DNA of 54,689 nt from a virus. Lineage: Duplodnaviria; Caudoviricetes. Positions 8,294 through 16,423 of this stretch are shown here, one piece after another. A program made the translations under genes and the position numbers. The stretch's first letter is position 1; each line of letters starts with the position of its first letter. Location: positions 1 through 54,689 of the IMG/VR virus record IMGVR_UViG_3300008113_000294; one strand, written 5' to 3'. Below the pieces are notes generated by a model. It searched no databases and was not told the origin of the DNA. It saw only the letters and a list, made by a program, of their open reading frames with translations.

Positions 8294-8839
8294 ATGATGG
8301 AAACCATGGACCTTAAAATAATCAAGAGCACAAAGCCGACCTTAGAAGATATACATTTAGCAGCATTTGGCGTCCCCTATGATTGCCGGGTTGAAGTTTT
8401 CAACTGTAAGCGGCCAGCAGATGATGCGCGGGTTTTGCTGTTCATTTACCCCACCTACAACAAAGAAAAGCTGTTCTTATATAACGAGATTAGGGCTGCT
8501 GTTGTGCGCCCTTACAACAAAGAGAGCGTGTACGTTACGCTGAATAAAAAGTTTGATAAAAAGACCAGTGACAGACTCTCAACGCTGCAGCATTGCACCA
8601 AGATTTTTGAAAAATTCAAAAAAGATAAAGTTGAGGCCGCAAAAGAGGAAGTTAAAGAAAAATATGTACGCAAGCCTCGCTTAGGCAAAGCAGCGCGGCT
8701 CATAGAGGAGGCTAAGCAAAAACTGGCGATGGAAATTCAAAACGGCACGGCAACCGGATCTAAAATTGAATGGCCAGTTAAAGGGAAGCGAGTTACTGTT
8801 AAGGTGAACTTAGGTTCTGGCGTGCAAGAAACCTGTTGA
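8294..8839 (+). CDS. Hypothetical basic protein
   Basis: 181-aa Lys-rich ORF between the tRNA and the putative ncRNA. Confidence 0.6.
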   Translation: MMETMDLKIIKSTKPTLEDIHLAAFGVPYDCRVEVFNCKRPADDARVLLFIYPTYNKEKLFLYNEIRAAVVRPYNKESVYVTLNKKFDKKTSDRLSTLQHCTKIFEKFKKDKVEAAKEEVKEKYVRKPRLGKAARLIEEAKQKLAMEIQNGTATGSKIEWPVKGKRVTVKVNLGSGVQETC

Positions 8840-8863
8840 CGATTTAATTCTATATGCTATCAA
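8836..8863 (+). promoter_or_regulatory. Promoter TTGACG-N16-TATCAA (TG-extended -10)
   Basis: Lies immediately upstream of the structured non-coding segment. Confidence 0.5.
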
Positions 8864-8869
8864 AAATTA

Positions 8870-9062
8870 CCGCTCTTGTTGAGTGCAAGCTAGTAGGCCA
8901 ATCCGCCAGTAGGCATTCCGGAAATGCTGAAGACGCAATACTGAACCCTTGTGCTCAACTGGTGCGGAAGTGCTGAACGATAGTGGCGCAATGCAAGCCG
9001 AGGCTGTTTTGCTAGAACGTTATAGCAATTAACAATGTTCAAAAAGGGCATTGCCCGCACCA
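8870..9062 (+). ncRNA. Putative ~190-nt two-domain structured ncRNA of unknown family
   Basis: 12-bp stem 8878-89/8948-59 with G-U pairs; adjacent 8-bp stem 8960-67/9055-62; nested helices in both domains; no ORF-track entry. Confidence 0.6.
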
Positions 9063-9063
9063 A

Positions 9064-9309
9064 TTATGCGTTAAAGCAAAGCTGTAAATCAACTGATGTA
9101 GTGTTAACCCGGCGCACCTGAATAGGGTAGTAGTAACCAGCCACAACCGCGAACGTTTGAAACGCCGTATCGTTTGGCGACTGAATAACCGCGTTGCCAG
9201 TTGTGAGGGGAATAAACCCGTTACCCCATCGAGTCACATCAACCGTTGCTGATTTGGCTGCAAGAGCGGTGGCAATCGCGGCGGTATTCCGTTTGATGTG
9301 TGCTGGCAT
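9064..9309 (-). CDS. Small virion protein resembling RcGTA head-spike base (Rcc01079-like)
   Basis: GN..I......TF.VVAG..YPIQVRRV.TT pattern; GAGGG RBS. Confidence 0.55.
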   Translation of the reverse strand: MPAHIKRNTAAIATALAAKSATVDVTRWGNGFIPLTTGNAVIQSPNDTAFQTFAVVAGYYYPIQVRRVNTTSVDLQLCFNA

Positions 9310-9404
9310 ATTCGTTCCCTCTATTCCCCGCATAATACAGCATCATTTTATTTATTATCAACCGTAGGATTGAAATCAATCTGTGGCGTATGTGATTATA
9401 AATC

Positions 9405-10217
9405 ATGCCATACGCTAGCAATAAAGACCTCCCCGAATCCGTAAAGGGCGCGATTGAATCCGCAGCCGGGCAGACGCTTTTTCGCACCGTCTTTAATTCG
9501 CAAAGCAAATCAGGCAAATCAGAAGAAGTTTCTTTTGCCTCAGCGTGGGCGGCTCTTAAGAGGGCTGGCTATAAAAAAGATACAGAGTCAAATTTATGGT
9601 CTTTGACTCGCAAGGCCGATTCAAGTGGATACGTACCGCCTAAATCTGTGCAGGACAATGCGCAACGTGCTCTGGACGTTCGCGCAGAAAAACCTCAATC
9701 GCAAAGAGGCATGACGCTGGTGGGGATTGCGCGTGCCCGCGACCTGTCTAACGGTAAGGCGTTGTCTCTCGATACTGTGCGGCGCATGAAGGCATACTTT
9801 GACCGTCACGAAGTTGATAAGAAGGGCGCGACATGGTCGGAACAAGGCAAGGGTTGGCAGGCTTGGATGGGGTGGGGCGGTGATGAAGGCCGCTCATGGG
9901 CTGAAAATATTTTATCAAAATTAGAAAAATCAGATGATGATTCGCATCAAGATTTTTCTGTTAAAGCCGATATCATCAAAGCCAATAACGATCAGCAAAT
10001 CGTTTATGGGTGGGCTTCCATTGTCGAAAAAGACGGCCAGGAAGTTATAGACACCGAGGGCGATGTAATCGGGATTGATGACTTAGAGGAGGCTGCGCTT
10101 TCCTACGTCATGAAATCCCGTGTGGCCTCAATAAATCACACCGGGGATAAAGTCGGATCCCTTGTTGAGTCAATCGTTTTCACTTGCAAGAAGTTTCTCT
10201 TTGCGCACAAGGCATGA
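9405..10217 (+). CDS. ChaB-like domain + unknown domain + XkdF-like (Peptidase_S78_2) prohead protease; C-terminus apparently lost
   Basis: MPY.S..DLP.SV (ChaB); IVYGWAS...D.EGDVI..DDLEEAA..Y...H..VG.LVES.VFT (XkdF); the expected FSIGG Ser motif is missing. Confidence 0.7.
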   Translation: MPYASNKDLPESVKGAIESAAGQTLFRTVFNSQSKSGKSEEVSFASAWAALKRAGYKKDTESNLWSLTRKADSSGYVPPKSVQDNAQRALDVRAEKPQSQRGMTLVGIARARDLSNGKALSLDTVRRMKAYFDRHEVDKKGATWSEQGKGWQAWMGWGGDEGRSWAENILSKLEKSDDDSHQDFSVKADIIKANNDQQIVYGWASIVEKDGQEVIDTEGDVIGIDDLEEAALSYVMKSRVASINHTGDKVGSLVESIVFTCKKFLFAHKA

Positions 10218-11191
10218 ATAAAAATGCAAAAATCGCACTTTTTAAATCAGACGGCGAAGCGCAAACCCTTGCTGACGTTGTATCTGAGCAAATTAAAGAA
10301 AAATCTTTAGCCGATAGATTTACACAAGTGTGGGATTTAACATATGCTTTGCATGAAAGTATTCGCTCAATAGTTGAGGATGATTTGTTAAAAGACAAGC
10401 AATCAATGCTTGACGAAACGCTTTCACAGTTTTCTAGCGCGATTGAGGAAGTGTTGCCCAATCTCGTTACAAATTTAAATAAAAGCGAGGCGCAAATGAC
10501 TATTGATGAATTGAAAAAATCCCTTGAAACAACTCAAGCAGAAATTGCCGCTCTCAAAAAAACCAATGAAGAGCTGGCCGCTGATTTAGAAATTTTCAAA
10601 GGGATGGGCGCACGCGATAAAGCCTATTACGATAGCCTTAGCGGTGACATGCAAAAGAAATTCGGCGCGATGTCTGCTGCTGATCGTAAAAAAACTATGG
10701 ACGCTGCTAATTTTCAAAAGGCCGAGCCTACTCAGGAAGAGCTATTAAAGTCCCTGCCTGAGAATCTACGCAAGATGCTAGAGGATAGCCAAAAGCAAGC
10801 AGCGGAAGCCCTGCAAAAAGCACAGGCCGCCGATGATGCCCGCGAGCGCACCGAGTTAATTGCCAAAGCTGAAAAAGAATTTGGCAACGTACCGGGTAAA
10901 TCTGAGGAAAAAGCAGAGATTCTTAAGCACCTGAAATCCGCACCTGAATCAGTGCGCAATGGTGTTGAAACCCTGCTTAAGCAATTCCAGGCGCTGGCAA
11001 CTCGCGGCTTTGTTGAAAAAGGCCACAGTCAAGATGTTGACCCGCAATCGCCCAAAGAAAAGCTCAATAAAATGGCTGAGGAAGTTGCCCTTCAAAAGCA
11101 AGTTTCTTTCCCTACCGCCTACGATCAGGTGATTCAAACCGCCGAAGGTCACGCTCTCTACACTCAAATGCGCAGCGGCGCGGCAGCTTAA
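10184..11191 (+). CDS. Capsid scaffold-like protein; 5' end probably deleted
   Basis: EVSL....MN..AKI.LFK start, then a coiled-coil acidic body; position before decoration and MCP genes. Confidence 0.65.
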   Translation: MQEVSLCAQGMNKNAKIALFKSDGEAQTLADVVSEQIKEKSLADRFTQVWDLTYALHESIRSIVEDDLLKDKQSMLDETLSQFSSAIEEVLPNLVTNLNKSEAQMTIDELKKSLETTQAEIAALKKTNEELAADLEIFKGMGARDKAYYDSLSGDMQKKFGAMSAADRKKTMDAANFQKAEPTQEELLKSLPENLRKMLEDSQKQAAEALQKAQAADDARERTELIAKAEKEFGNVPGKSEEKAEILKHLKSAPESVRNGVETLLKQFQALATRGFVEKGHSQDVDPQSPKEKLNKMAEEVALQKQVSFPTAYDQVIQTAEGHALYTQMRSGAAA

Positions 11192-11225
11192 TACTAAACG
11201 TTTTTTAAAAATCTTAAGGAGTACA

Positions 11226-11259
11226 CCATGGCTTTCGATAACCCATGGCTTTCGATAAC
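11226..11259 (+). repeat. 17-bp tandem duplication CCATGGCTTTCGATAAC
   Basis: Exact copies at 11226-11242 and 11243-11259. Confidence 0.95.
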
Positions 11260-11619
11260 GCAGTACACACCATCAATGCCGTATCCGGTGCGGATTATTC
11301 CGCGAGTCAATATCTTTTTGTAACCGTTGCATCCGATGGCGAGATTGATCCCGTTGGCACGGCTGGCTTGCCTGCTCTTGGCGTGCTGTATAATGCGCCA
11401 CAAGCAAAAGGCATTGCCGCTGAGGTTGCAATCGCTGGTGTAGCAAAGGTGAAAGCCGGGGCGGCTTTTAACGCTGGCGTTCTGATTATGAGTAGCGCTG
11501 CTGGCAAGGCAGTTACAGCAACCTCTGGCAACCGCATTTTAGGCATGGCTGTAACCGCAGCCGCAGCCGATGGCGATATTGTTAGCATCCTGCTGCAACC
11601 GTTTGGCCGCGTTGCTTAA
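11245..11619 (+). CDS. Capsid cement/decoration protein (DUF2190-like)
   Basis: Ala/Gly-rich beta protein with GVAKVKAGAA and ILG.A.TAA.ADGDIV.ILL; directly before the MCP. Confidence 0.75.
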   Translation: MAFDNAVHTINAVSGADYSASQYLFVTVASDGEIDPVGTAGLPALGVLYNAPQAKGIAAEVAIAGVAKVKAGAAFNAGVLIMSSAAGKAVTATSGNRILGMAVTAAAADGDIVSILLQPFGRVA

Positions 11620-11662
11620 TCTTTGTTTAAAAATAGTGGTTTCAACTTAAGGAGAATAAAAA

Positions 11663-12664
11663 ATGTCTACACCTACGTTAAGAAGCGTTCACGTTGATTC
11701 CGCATTAACGAACATGTCCATTGCTTACATCCAAAAGAAAACAAACTTCATTGCAACACAAGTTTTCCCGCTTGTTGAAGTTGATTTTTCAAGTGATGTT
11801 TATTTTACCTTTGATCAAGGTGACTTTAACCGTGATGAAGCCCGCTTGCGTGCACCTGGCACTGAGTCTGCTGGCGGCGGTTTCAAAATCACTAAAGACC
11901 AAGCATATAACTGCGCGGTAACAGCCTTTCACCATGATATTGACATGCAAAAGCTGAAAAATGCTGACCGGGTTATTAACTTAGAGCGCACTGCTGTGCA
12001 ATTCGTAACCAACAAGCTTCTTATGCGCCGCGAGTTGGATTGGGTTGATAAATATTTTAAAGCGGGTGTGTGGTCTGCTGGTGATATCGCCGGGGTTGCC
12101 TCAGCACCTAGCACAAACCAAGTGCTACAATGGAATGATGCAAACTCAGACCCGATTCTAAACGTTTCGAATGGTAAATCAGCTATCCTGCAGCGTACTG
12201 GTTTTGAGCCGAACGTGCTTGTTCTTGGCTTTGAAGTTTACGAACAACTGCGCAATCACCCAGATATTATTGAGCGTGTGAAATACGTTCAAAATATTGG
12301 CGCAAACCAAGCTGTAAAAGTTAATAGCCAAGCTCTGGCCGATCTGTTTGACGTTGAGCGTGTGCTTGTTTCTAAAGCGATTCAAAACACTGCCTACGAA
12401 GGTCAAACCGATGCACCCAGCTTTATTGCGGGTAAGCGTGCGTTGCTTGCTTATGCCGCACCAGAAGCTGCTTTAGAGATGCCATCGGCTGGTTATACTT
12501 TCAGCTGGCAGCGTTACGTTGAAAGCCGCGATCCAAACGGTATCGGCTTTGATCAGTTCCCAATGCCTCACCTGAAAGCACAACGCGTTGAAGGCGAAAT
12601 GGCAATTGATCAGAAACTGATTTCTGGCGCTCTTGGCTATTTCTGGACAAGCATTGTTGCTTAA
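11663..12664 (+). CDS. Major capsid protein (lambda gpE-like, HK97 fold)
   Basis: HVD.ALTN.SIAY.Q..FIA..VFP.V.V; PN.LVLG..V...L.NHP.I..R; PS.GYTF.W; AAGGAG RBS. Confidence 0.9.
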   Translation: MSTPTLRSVHVDSALTNMSIAYIQKKTNFIATQVFPLVEVDFSSDVYFTFDQGDFNRDEARLRAPGTESAGGGFKITKDQAYNCAVTAFHHDIDMQKLKNADRVINLERTAVQFVTNKLLMRRELDWVDKYFKAGVWSAGDIAGVASAPSTNQVLQWNDANSDPILNVSNGKSAILQRTGFEPNVLVLGFEVYEQLRNHPDIIERVKYVQNIGANQAVKVNSQALADLFDVERVLVSKAIQNTAYEGQTDAPSFIAGKRALLAYAAPEAALEMPSAGYTFSWQRYVESRDPNGIGFDQFPMPHLKAQRVEGEMAIDQKLISGALGYFWTSIVA

Positions 12665-12679
12665 TTGGAATTATAAAAA

Positions 12680-13147
12680 ATGAAAACCCGCAAGCCGCAA
12701 CGGTTCGACTTATCGAGGGATTTAGTGGTGGTAAAGCCATTTAAATTTAACGGCAAGCCTATGAATGCGGGTTTTCAATTCCACTTTAAGGACGCGCAGT
12801 TTTCACTAACCCCGGCAAAAGCACGCGCAATGTTTGAGGCGGGCTTATTGCGGCATCCAGACGAGCTTACAGTGGCGGCTTTACCTAGCCCTTACATTGT
12901 AAAAATTCCTAGCACTGGCGAAGAGTTTAACTTGTTTGATATGCCCTTTAAAAAGCTATCCGCTCTCATTCAAGAGCTTGGCTTTAAGCGCAGCAACAAC
13001 CGGGAATCGCTGCAAAAACAGGTATGCGAGCATTACAGCTTGCCGTATCCGCCAGCGAAAGAAGAGCCAGAAGAAGACGCCGAACAAGATTCTGAATCAT
13101 TAGAAGATGCAGCAAAGGCCTTAGAAAAAGACGCCGTTGCTGTTTAG
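12680..13147 (+). CDS. Hypothetical head-associated protein
   Basis: Follows the MCP; acidic C-terminus. Confidence 0.6.
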   Translation: MKTRKPQRFDLSRDLVVVKPFKFNGKPMNAGFQFHFKDAQFSLTPAKARAMFEAGLLRHPDELTVAALPSPYIVKIPSTGEEFNLFDMPFKKLSALIQELGFKRSNNRESLQKQVCEHYSLPYPPAKEEPEEDAEQDSESLEDAAKALEKDAVAV

Positions 13148-13165
13148 TTACAAAGGATTAAACGC

Positions 13166-15295
13166 ATGGCAACGACTAAATATTTTTCCGGCCAGTTATC
13201 ACCTTTTGGCGGCGATTCAGGAACAGGTGGCTTTCAAGGTGTAGTGCCAGCCCCTTTGCCCGGCGATGCAACCTTGCGTAATGAATACCTTCATGCAAGT
13301 GGTGTCTGGAAGTCTTTAAGCAACGCTGATTGCCTTTATATAAATGGCCTTGGTGATAGCATCACAGCATCGTCTGTGATGTCTACTGTTTACCCTAGCA
13401 CGATTAAACAATGGACTCAAAGTGAAGTTGTCCCCGCTCGTTCCTTGCGGCAGAATGGCGGCTATTTCTTTTACACCGCATCGGGCGGAACTACTGCTAG
13501 TTCTGGATCAGGCCCTACCCGTACAAACATAGGGTCAACAGATGGAACTGTTACTTGGATAAATCAGCAAGTTACAACCCAAACGCAAAACCATTCTTAT
13601 CTTTATTACACTGAAATATTAAGCAATGGCCGCTTAATTTGGGATACATCAACGGGATATAACGGCGCACCAGGCGGGGCAGTCAAAGCAATTGTTGTGA
13701 ACGGCGGCTCTAATTACAGCGCCCCTACGCTGGTTAATACCGATGGGATTGAAGCAACCTTTACGCTTTCAAATGGCGTTATCACTGCAATCAACATTCT
13801 GTCGCCTGGCAACGTAAACAACGTAGGTGTTTTCCCGACCATTAGCGATCCTACTGGTAGCGGCGCGGTGATTAGTTGGGTCTTTTATCCTAGCGGAACC
13901 TTTGGTGTTTCGGGGAGTACAACGGCTGGAATGGTTGCCCGCTTGCCGGATGTTATCGCAAGTAAAAATGATATCATTGTGGTTTATGGCGGCACAAACG
14001 ACTTAACGCAGGACGTACCAGCGGCAACAATCTTTGCTAACTTGCGCACCTGTTATGAGCGTTTAATAGATGCTGGCAAAAAAGTTATTGCCGTTCCTAT
14101 TTCGCCTAGGTCTGGTCTCACTACGGTGCGTCAACGCACCATGAATCGCGTTAATACGCTTATTGTAGATTATTGTGCGCGAAAAAGTTACATCAACCCA
14201 TTAGGCTATAGAGATATTGCTCTTGCCGATCCCCGCGTTTACTTGACGGATGGAACATCGGATAACGTGCCGATTGGCGGTGCGTCAAACGTTGTAGGGG
14301 CGATGACCTATGACGGCCTGCATCTTTCCGCACGCGGCGCTTTCTATCAAGCTATGACAATTATTGCGGCTGCGGAACGTTGGATTGCAAGACCTCAGAC
14401 AGCGGGAATGCGGGCGGCAACTCAATTTGACGCTTATGCAGCAAGCGACAATCCGACCGGGAATCTATTAGAAGCATATCCTTGGACAGCAAACACGGCT
14501 GTCGCTGTTGGTGACTTGGCGCGGAACGATTCGCCCGCCCGGGTTTACTATTGCACATCGCCCGGAACAACTGCTAGCAGCGGCGGACCAACAGGAACGG
14601 GAAGCAGCATAACCGATGGAACTGTAACGTGGGCTTTCGCACACTTAGCAGGCATGTCTGTTTTCAATAGCGGCACAGGTTCCGCGCCATCAGCGGCGGC
14701 TGGTGTTACCATCACGGGTAACTTAGCGGGCGGCTATTTCATGCAGCGTAACAGCGGCACAGCAGCTGGAACTTTAACGGCGGCGATTGAGTCACCGTGG
14801 AGCAACGGTCAAGTTGGCGCACGGCAATCATTGGCATTCTCTTTAGGCTCTGGAACTTCAACGGATTTGTGGCTGTTGCAATTTGGCAGCTATGTCTATC
14901 AGCGTTATGGTTTATTGCCTGCTGATTTAGCAAACACACTTGTTGAGTTTGAGGTAGAATTAGAGGTTTCAAACCTTGCAAACTGCAATGGCATTTACCT
15001 ACAATTGTATTCGGATTACGCATCAAGCCCACCTAACGATTTCATTGTAGCGCAAGCAGGAGCGCTTGGTGGCGGTTCTGGTCTTAATGCAACCTTGCCG
15101 AATAGCTCTGGTGAGATGCTTAGCTATCCTAATAATGGTCTCATGACTATTCGTACAAAACCAGTGCGGTTGCCACTTGATTTGTCAACTTTATCAACAT
15201 GGCTATTCTTTAGTTTTAACGCCAGCGGCGGCGCTAACAGCGCAACGGGTACGTTTAAAATAAATCGTTTTGCCTTTAGAAAGGTCTTATTATGA
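13166..15295 (+). CDS. Virion-associated SGNH/GDSL hydrolase-domain protein with inserted carbohydrate-binding-like repeats
   Basis: GDSIT (block I), GVSGST (II), GGTND (III), DGLH (V); two W...GTT.S.GPT...TDGTVTW modules. Confidence 0.75.
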   Translation: MATTKYFSGQLSPFGGDSGTGGFQGVVPAPLPGDATLRNEYLHASGVWKSLSNADCLYINGLGDSITASSVMSTVYPSTIKQWTQSEVVPARSLRQNGGYFFYTASGGTTASSGSGPTRTNIGSTDGTVTWINQQVTTQTQNHSYLYYTEILSNGRLIWDTSTGYNGAPGGAVKAIVVNGGSNYSAPTLVNTDGIEATFTLSNGVITAINILSPGNVNNVGVFPTISDPTGSGAVISWVFYPSGTFGVSGSTTAGMVARLPDVIASKNDIIVVYGGTNDLTQDVPAATIFANLRTCYERLIDAGKKVIAVPISPRSGLTTVRQRTMNRVNTLIVDYCARKSYINPLGYRDIALADPRVYLTDGTSDNVPIGGASNVVGAMTYDGLHLSARGAFYQAMTIIAAAERWIARPQTAGMRAATQFDAYAASDNPTGNLLEAYPWTANTAVAVGDLARNDSPARVYYCTSPGTTASSGGPTGTGSSITDGTVTWAFAHLAGMSVFNSGTGSAPSAAAGVTITGNLAGGYFMQRNSGTAAGTLTAAIESPWSNGQVGARQSLAFSLGSGTSTDLWLLQFGSYVYQRYGLLPADLANTLVEFEVELEVSNLANCNGIYLQLYSDYASSPPNDFIVAQAGALGGGSGLNATLPNSSGEMLSYPNNGLMTIRTKPVRLPLDLSTLSTWLFFSFNASGGANSATGTFKINRFAFRKVLL

Positions 15296-15585
15296 TCGGC
15301 GTTTATAAATTCGCAGCTGTAAAAGAAAAGATTCAAGATCTGATTGCTCAGGGTCTTTATGATGACAACATCAATCGTGATTTTTACGATTTCTTAAAGC
15401 TCAATAAAACTGTGAAGCTAAAAGATAAAGAAGCAGAATTCGTAAGCCCTGCCTCTGCTGAATCTTTAAAGGATGCCTTTGAGCAATACATAGCTGATTT
15501 TGAAGCCGCAGGCGGCGACAAAGAAGCTCGCCTTTTAGAAATTGAAGCGGGCTTTGTTGAAATATTAAACGCTCGCTTAGGATAA
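15292..15585 (+). CDS. Hypothetical protein
   Basis: ATGA overlap; 97 aa. Confidence 0.55.
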   Translation: MIGVYKFAAVKEKIQDLIAQGLYDDNINRDFYDFLKLNKTVKLKDKEAEFVSPASAESLKDAFEQYIADFEAAGGDKEARLLEIEAGFVEILNARLG

Positions 15586-15591
15586 AAAATT

Positions 15592-16017
15592 ATGGCTGCT
15601 TTTAACAAGTTTAATGCCTTTGTAGAGGATTTAGCGGAAAGGGTGCACAACCTAGGCGCTGATACTCTAAAGGTTATGCTTACGAATACCGTGCCGCTTG
15701 CGACGAATTCTATTCGCGCCAACCTGACGGAAATAAGCGCGGGCAACGGTTACACGGCTGGAGGAAACAGTTGCACGATATCATCAAGCGGACAAACTGC
15801 TGGTGTTTACAAGTTAGTCCTGGCCGATACAATTTTTACGGCAAGCGGCGGCAGCATCGGACCATTCCGTTACGCGGTGCTTTACAACGATACACCGACC
15901 TCACCAGCCGACCCGCTCATTGGCTGGTATGATTACGGCGCGGCTGTAACTTTGCTTGACGGCGAAACGTTAACTATTGATTTTGACGCCACAAACGGCG
16001 TTTTAACGGTCACATGA
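15592..16017 (+). CDS. Phage structural protein
   Basis: EI.AGNGYTAGG; FTASGGSIGPFRYAVLY.DT...PLIGW.DYG, a recurrent virion-protein pattern. Confidence 0.65.
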   Translation: MAAFNKFNAFVEDLAERVHNLGADTLKVMLTNTVPLATNSIRANLTEISAGNGYTAGGNSCTISSSGQTAGVYKLVLADTIFTASGGSIGPFRYAVLYNDTPTSPADPLIGWYDYGAAVTLLDGETLTIDFDATNGVLTVT

Positions 16018-16018
16018 T

Positions 16019-16420
16019 ATGTCAAATGACATCACCCTTCCAGGCACGGGCGCGGTAGTTAATACCCGCCAGCAATCTGATCTATCACATAATCAGGTTG
16101 TTGAAGTTGACGGCGAGTTATTAACAACCCTGCAAAGTTTAACCCTGGCATTGAATAATATCTCGAAATCAATTGGCCTTATGATGCCGGATGCTTCAGG
16201 CCGGATGCGCGTTTCTTTAGATGCGGCAACAAACACAGGCAGCATAGGCAACATTGGCACGGTGACTACTGTTACTGGGGTCACTACAGTGACAAACGTG
16301 ACAGCGGTTGCAAGTTTGACAAACCAGATTTCAATCGGCAGCTTTAACGCAAACGATCAAGTTCCCGCACTCATGAATACAGCGGTCCGCCTCAATAGAC
16401 AACTTATCACAGTGAGCTAA
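16019..16420 (+). CDS. Putative structural protein with TVT repeats
   Basis: TVTTVTGVTTVTNVTAV fibre-like segment. Confidence 0.55.
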   Translation: MSNDITLPGTGAVVNTRQQSDLSHNQVVEVDGELLTTLQSLTLALNNISKSIGLMMPDASGRMRVSLDAATNTGSIGNIGTVTTVTGVTTVTNVTAVASLTNQISIGSFNANDQVPALMNTAVRLNRQLITVS

Positions 16421-16423
16421 CCC

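Noticed and set aside
8870-9062. tmRNA, tRNA or IS110 bridge-RNA identity for the structured segment ending in ACCA
   Set aside because: No TTCRA T-loop, no alanyl acceptor or tag frame, and no IS110 recombinase in the window.
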